Made by a program: the position numbers and the translations under genes
Part shown: piece by piece, positions 61,477 through 64,000 of the stretch
How the letters are laid out: each line of letters starts with the position of its first letter
Numbering within the stretch: position 1 is the first letter of the stretch
Notes under the pieces: model-generated
Told to the model about the DNA's origin: nothing
The model's database searches: none
Seen by the model: the letters and a program-made list of their open reading frames with translations, nothing else
Assembly: GCA_964016885.1 (NCBI GenBank)
Contig: OZ024740.1
Span: forward strand, 134,974,001 to 135,038,000
Reading direction: 5' to 3'
Source: Eledone cirrhosa
Taxonomy: Eukaryota
DNA: 64,000 bases

Positions 61477-61870
61477 TATATATATATATTAAAATTTAAG
61501 CAAAGAATCACTGCTGTCACCCTTAATGGGATCTTCTGAAACTAAAAAAAAAAATCAATCTGTGAACGCAGAAGTAAATATTTCGAAAAACGTTGCAACT
61601 GAAGGAAAACAGGAAGACGATACTTTGGTTCGTGAAGATGTTCCCTGGCAATGAATGGAAAAAAGCAAAGATAATATGTCAGCAATGAGACAATATTTGC
61701 TCTAGGGTTCTTATATATTTGATATATATTTATCCTTATCGAACCCTCTTTGGATTTTAGTCTTCACATTTATTATTATTACTAATTATATATATATATA
61801 CATATATAATTATTGAGAGGGCATACAGTATCTTTGCACTGAATTAATTAAGTTGGTTAGAAGCGAAGTC

Positions 61871-61990
61871 AATGCAGACAGGCAGCCAGACAGACATATT
61901 ATAAGCGTGCGACGTTATAGCTATGTATCTAATGCAGACAGCCAGACATACAGAGACATTATAAAGGCGCGACGTTATAGCTATGTATCT
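61871..61990. repeat. Tandem 60-bp duplication
   Basis: AATGCAGACAG...GCGACGTTATAGCTATGTATCT occurs twice. Confidence 0.85.
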
Positions 61991-62154
61991 ATCTAAAAAA
62001 GACAGACTAAGAAAGAGAGGAATGTCGTATAACCGGAAGTGTTGACATTTGAAAATTTTAAAGTGAATATTTAAATAAACGATAAAATATCTTTAATCTT
62101 TTAACGAAATTTAGAAGACAAAAATACCCTTTCTTACTTGGAAAAAGTTACATC

Positions 62155-62906
62155 TGTAGCGAAATCTGTCCGCGCCTTGAACCTTGGGTGACACCTAAAG
62201 GTCAAATTCCGGGTCATCACCCTTTTGGTGTGAACAGGTTGATGCGTTGGCTATCCCCTCAAGGGGGGGGGGGGAGAGCGACAGGTATATAAAGCCTTTA
62301 TCATTCCACGTTTATACAGAGACATCGGAGCACCCCACTACAGAACAAGCTATGTGAAAGATTCACCACTATCAACAGACCCCAGTGGTCTACAGAAAGA
62401 CAGATACATTGGAGCTCTATGATACACAACAAACTATGTAAAGATTCACCGCTATCAACAGACCCTAGAGGTCTACAGAGAGATCAGAGCCCTACTACTA
62501 CAGACCCGCTATGTGAAAGACACACCGCTATGAACAAGCCACAGTGGTCTACAATCAATTACAGACCATTACTCTCTCTCACTCACTATGGTCGCAGAAC
62601 TACTAATACGGACTCCAACAACAACAACATTATCTGTTCGCTCGCTGTTTTCACACCAACAACAACAACAGTCAACTACTACATACTACAACAGCCTCAT
62701 GAACCAACAACAAAAATAACAGTCTACCTTTTCAAATCTTGGTAACTGTTTTATTGTACTTTTTTAATCAATTCACGTGAAGTAAATCATATATAAACCA
62801 AATCAATTATTCTTATTATACTTGGTATTACATCTAACAACTCTGTTATAATCAGTTCTAATAACCACATATCACCATCTAATTACTTTAAAAAACCCTT
62901 CGTTAA
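62155..62906 (+). mobile_element. Solo LTR (TGTAGC...CGTTAA) with internal ~70-bp tandem units
   Basis: 5-bp TSD ACATC at 62150-62154 and 62907-62911; TATA-like GGTATATAAAG at ~62284; homologous to 22640-23922. Confidence 0.85.
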
Positions 62907-64000
62907 ACATCTATGGTGCACATTTGGTGTTTTTTGGTCTAGCCGTTTAGCGAAAAGTTTGTTACATACATACGGCCGTCAGCTTTATAATATAGATATG
63001 ATAATAAACATTGTTGCGTTAACTGACTACGCATTCAGTGTTGGGGGTCAATCAAATAAATAAAATATAATTGTCGACTGCAATCAACTACAAGACCCTT
63101 TAACCTTTAGAGAACAATTTCAGTGGACAGCTTTTATAAAAGTCAGGGTTCAAGTATTTTGGTAGATATGTCGTTATAAAGCAAAATATTAAAAAAACAA
63201 ACCCTCGTGCAGAAACGGACTGGGTTTTACAATCAGAGTGCTCATTCGTCATCTATCAGATCGACCTATTGTTCATTAATGTTTTTCAGGGACTTATCGG
63301 GCATTGCCCAAATGGCCGTGTGTGACCAGTTCATCTCTTTCATGCTCTGTGCAAAACATCAAATAGATCTCCACCGGGCAGAATTACGAATTGTTACCAC
63401 GGAGGAGACGCGCTGAAGTTGCCAGTCCATCTCGCAGCGCTCGTTCTTCTAGGAAAGTTAATTATCGTTAATTTCTTAATAAAGTTCCAGAGTTATCAAC
63501 GTATGTATGTAAATTAGACTATTGAAATGAATCTGGTAATTTCACTATAAAATCGTACCCGTTAACAACTAAAATTCAGTAATTTTTTTTTATACATAAA
63601 ATTAATTTTATAGTCATTAATTGCAGTTAATTCTGTTACAATAGTTCTTTCCAACGTCATAACAGTTAACATGGTGAGGTAAATAAATATATATATTATA
63701 TACCAGCTCCGAACACAATGGAACCTAACTCCTACTGTCCCTGCTTCCGTCTCACTATAGTGAGCAAATATGGGCCCACGCTGGCCGCCCCGCGGTCCCG
63801 GCGGACAGAATAGAGAAGACGTTTCGCCGGAGGATGGTGAGGGAAAGCTGCTGGAAGAGCCATTCCAGCTTGCAAGGCTCACCCTGACAGGGCGGTGTAT
63901 CTCAGCTATGCCGTGCGTACTTGATGACAAAAAGCAGTGCTACGGCAGCATGTTAGTAGCAATTATGTTTAGGGAGCCTGTTGAAGCTAAACAGAAATGT

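Larger units (their letters stand above)
61850..62996 (-). mobile_element. Possible non-autonomous Helitron-like element split by a solo LTR
   Basis: Minus-strand start A|TCTATATTATAAAGCTGA followed by (TATG)n resembles invertebrate Helitron-derived repeats; no 3' hairpin or CTRR end identified. Confidence 0.35.

Noticed and set aside
62033-62041. ETS-type motif CCGGAAGTG as a promoter
   Set aside because: A single short motif, probably within a Helitron-like repeat; no linked exon identified.
62300-62560. Regularly spaced repeats resembling a CRISPR array (also 23270-23370)
   Set aside because: Tandem units inside LTRs, without unique spacers or cas genes, in eukaryotic context.
63562-63930. 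122-aa minus-strand ORF
   Set aside because: TTG start, runs into an AT-rich low-complexity tail, no recognisable domain.

Overview
AT-rich animal genomic DNA made mostly of transposable elements. The SINE/RTE repertoire and (TA)n richness resemble an octopus or other coleoid cephalopod, but that is inference. One host gene is clearly supported: a spliced, minus-strand HIG1-domain gene (HIGD1A-like, 93 aa, coding exons 5610-5703 and 141-328), which the ORF track misses. The rest is nested mobile DNA. It includes one intact 1022-aa RTE LINE (APE endonuclease + RT + PHD-type finger) and many broken RTE copies; tRNA-derived SINEs with Nin/Deu-, CORE- and Meta-like modules; a compact LTR retrotransposon lacking a tRNA PBS; non-autonomous LTR elements, two with non-CA ends; three DD37D (maT) transposon copies; mariner relics; an R4/Dong-like relic; and MITEs. 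The most notable patterns are: one SINE body carrying two different RTE tails; a Meta-like module in the 5' UTR of one RTE subfamily but the 3' UTR of others; long palindromes with hammerhead-like cores next to HIGD1A; a twin-primed RTE inversion; and possible LRR pseudogene shards. All calls come from manual reading, so repeat boundaries are approximate.
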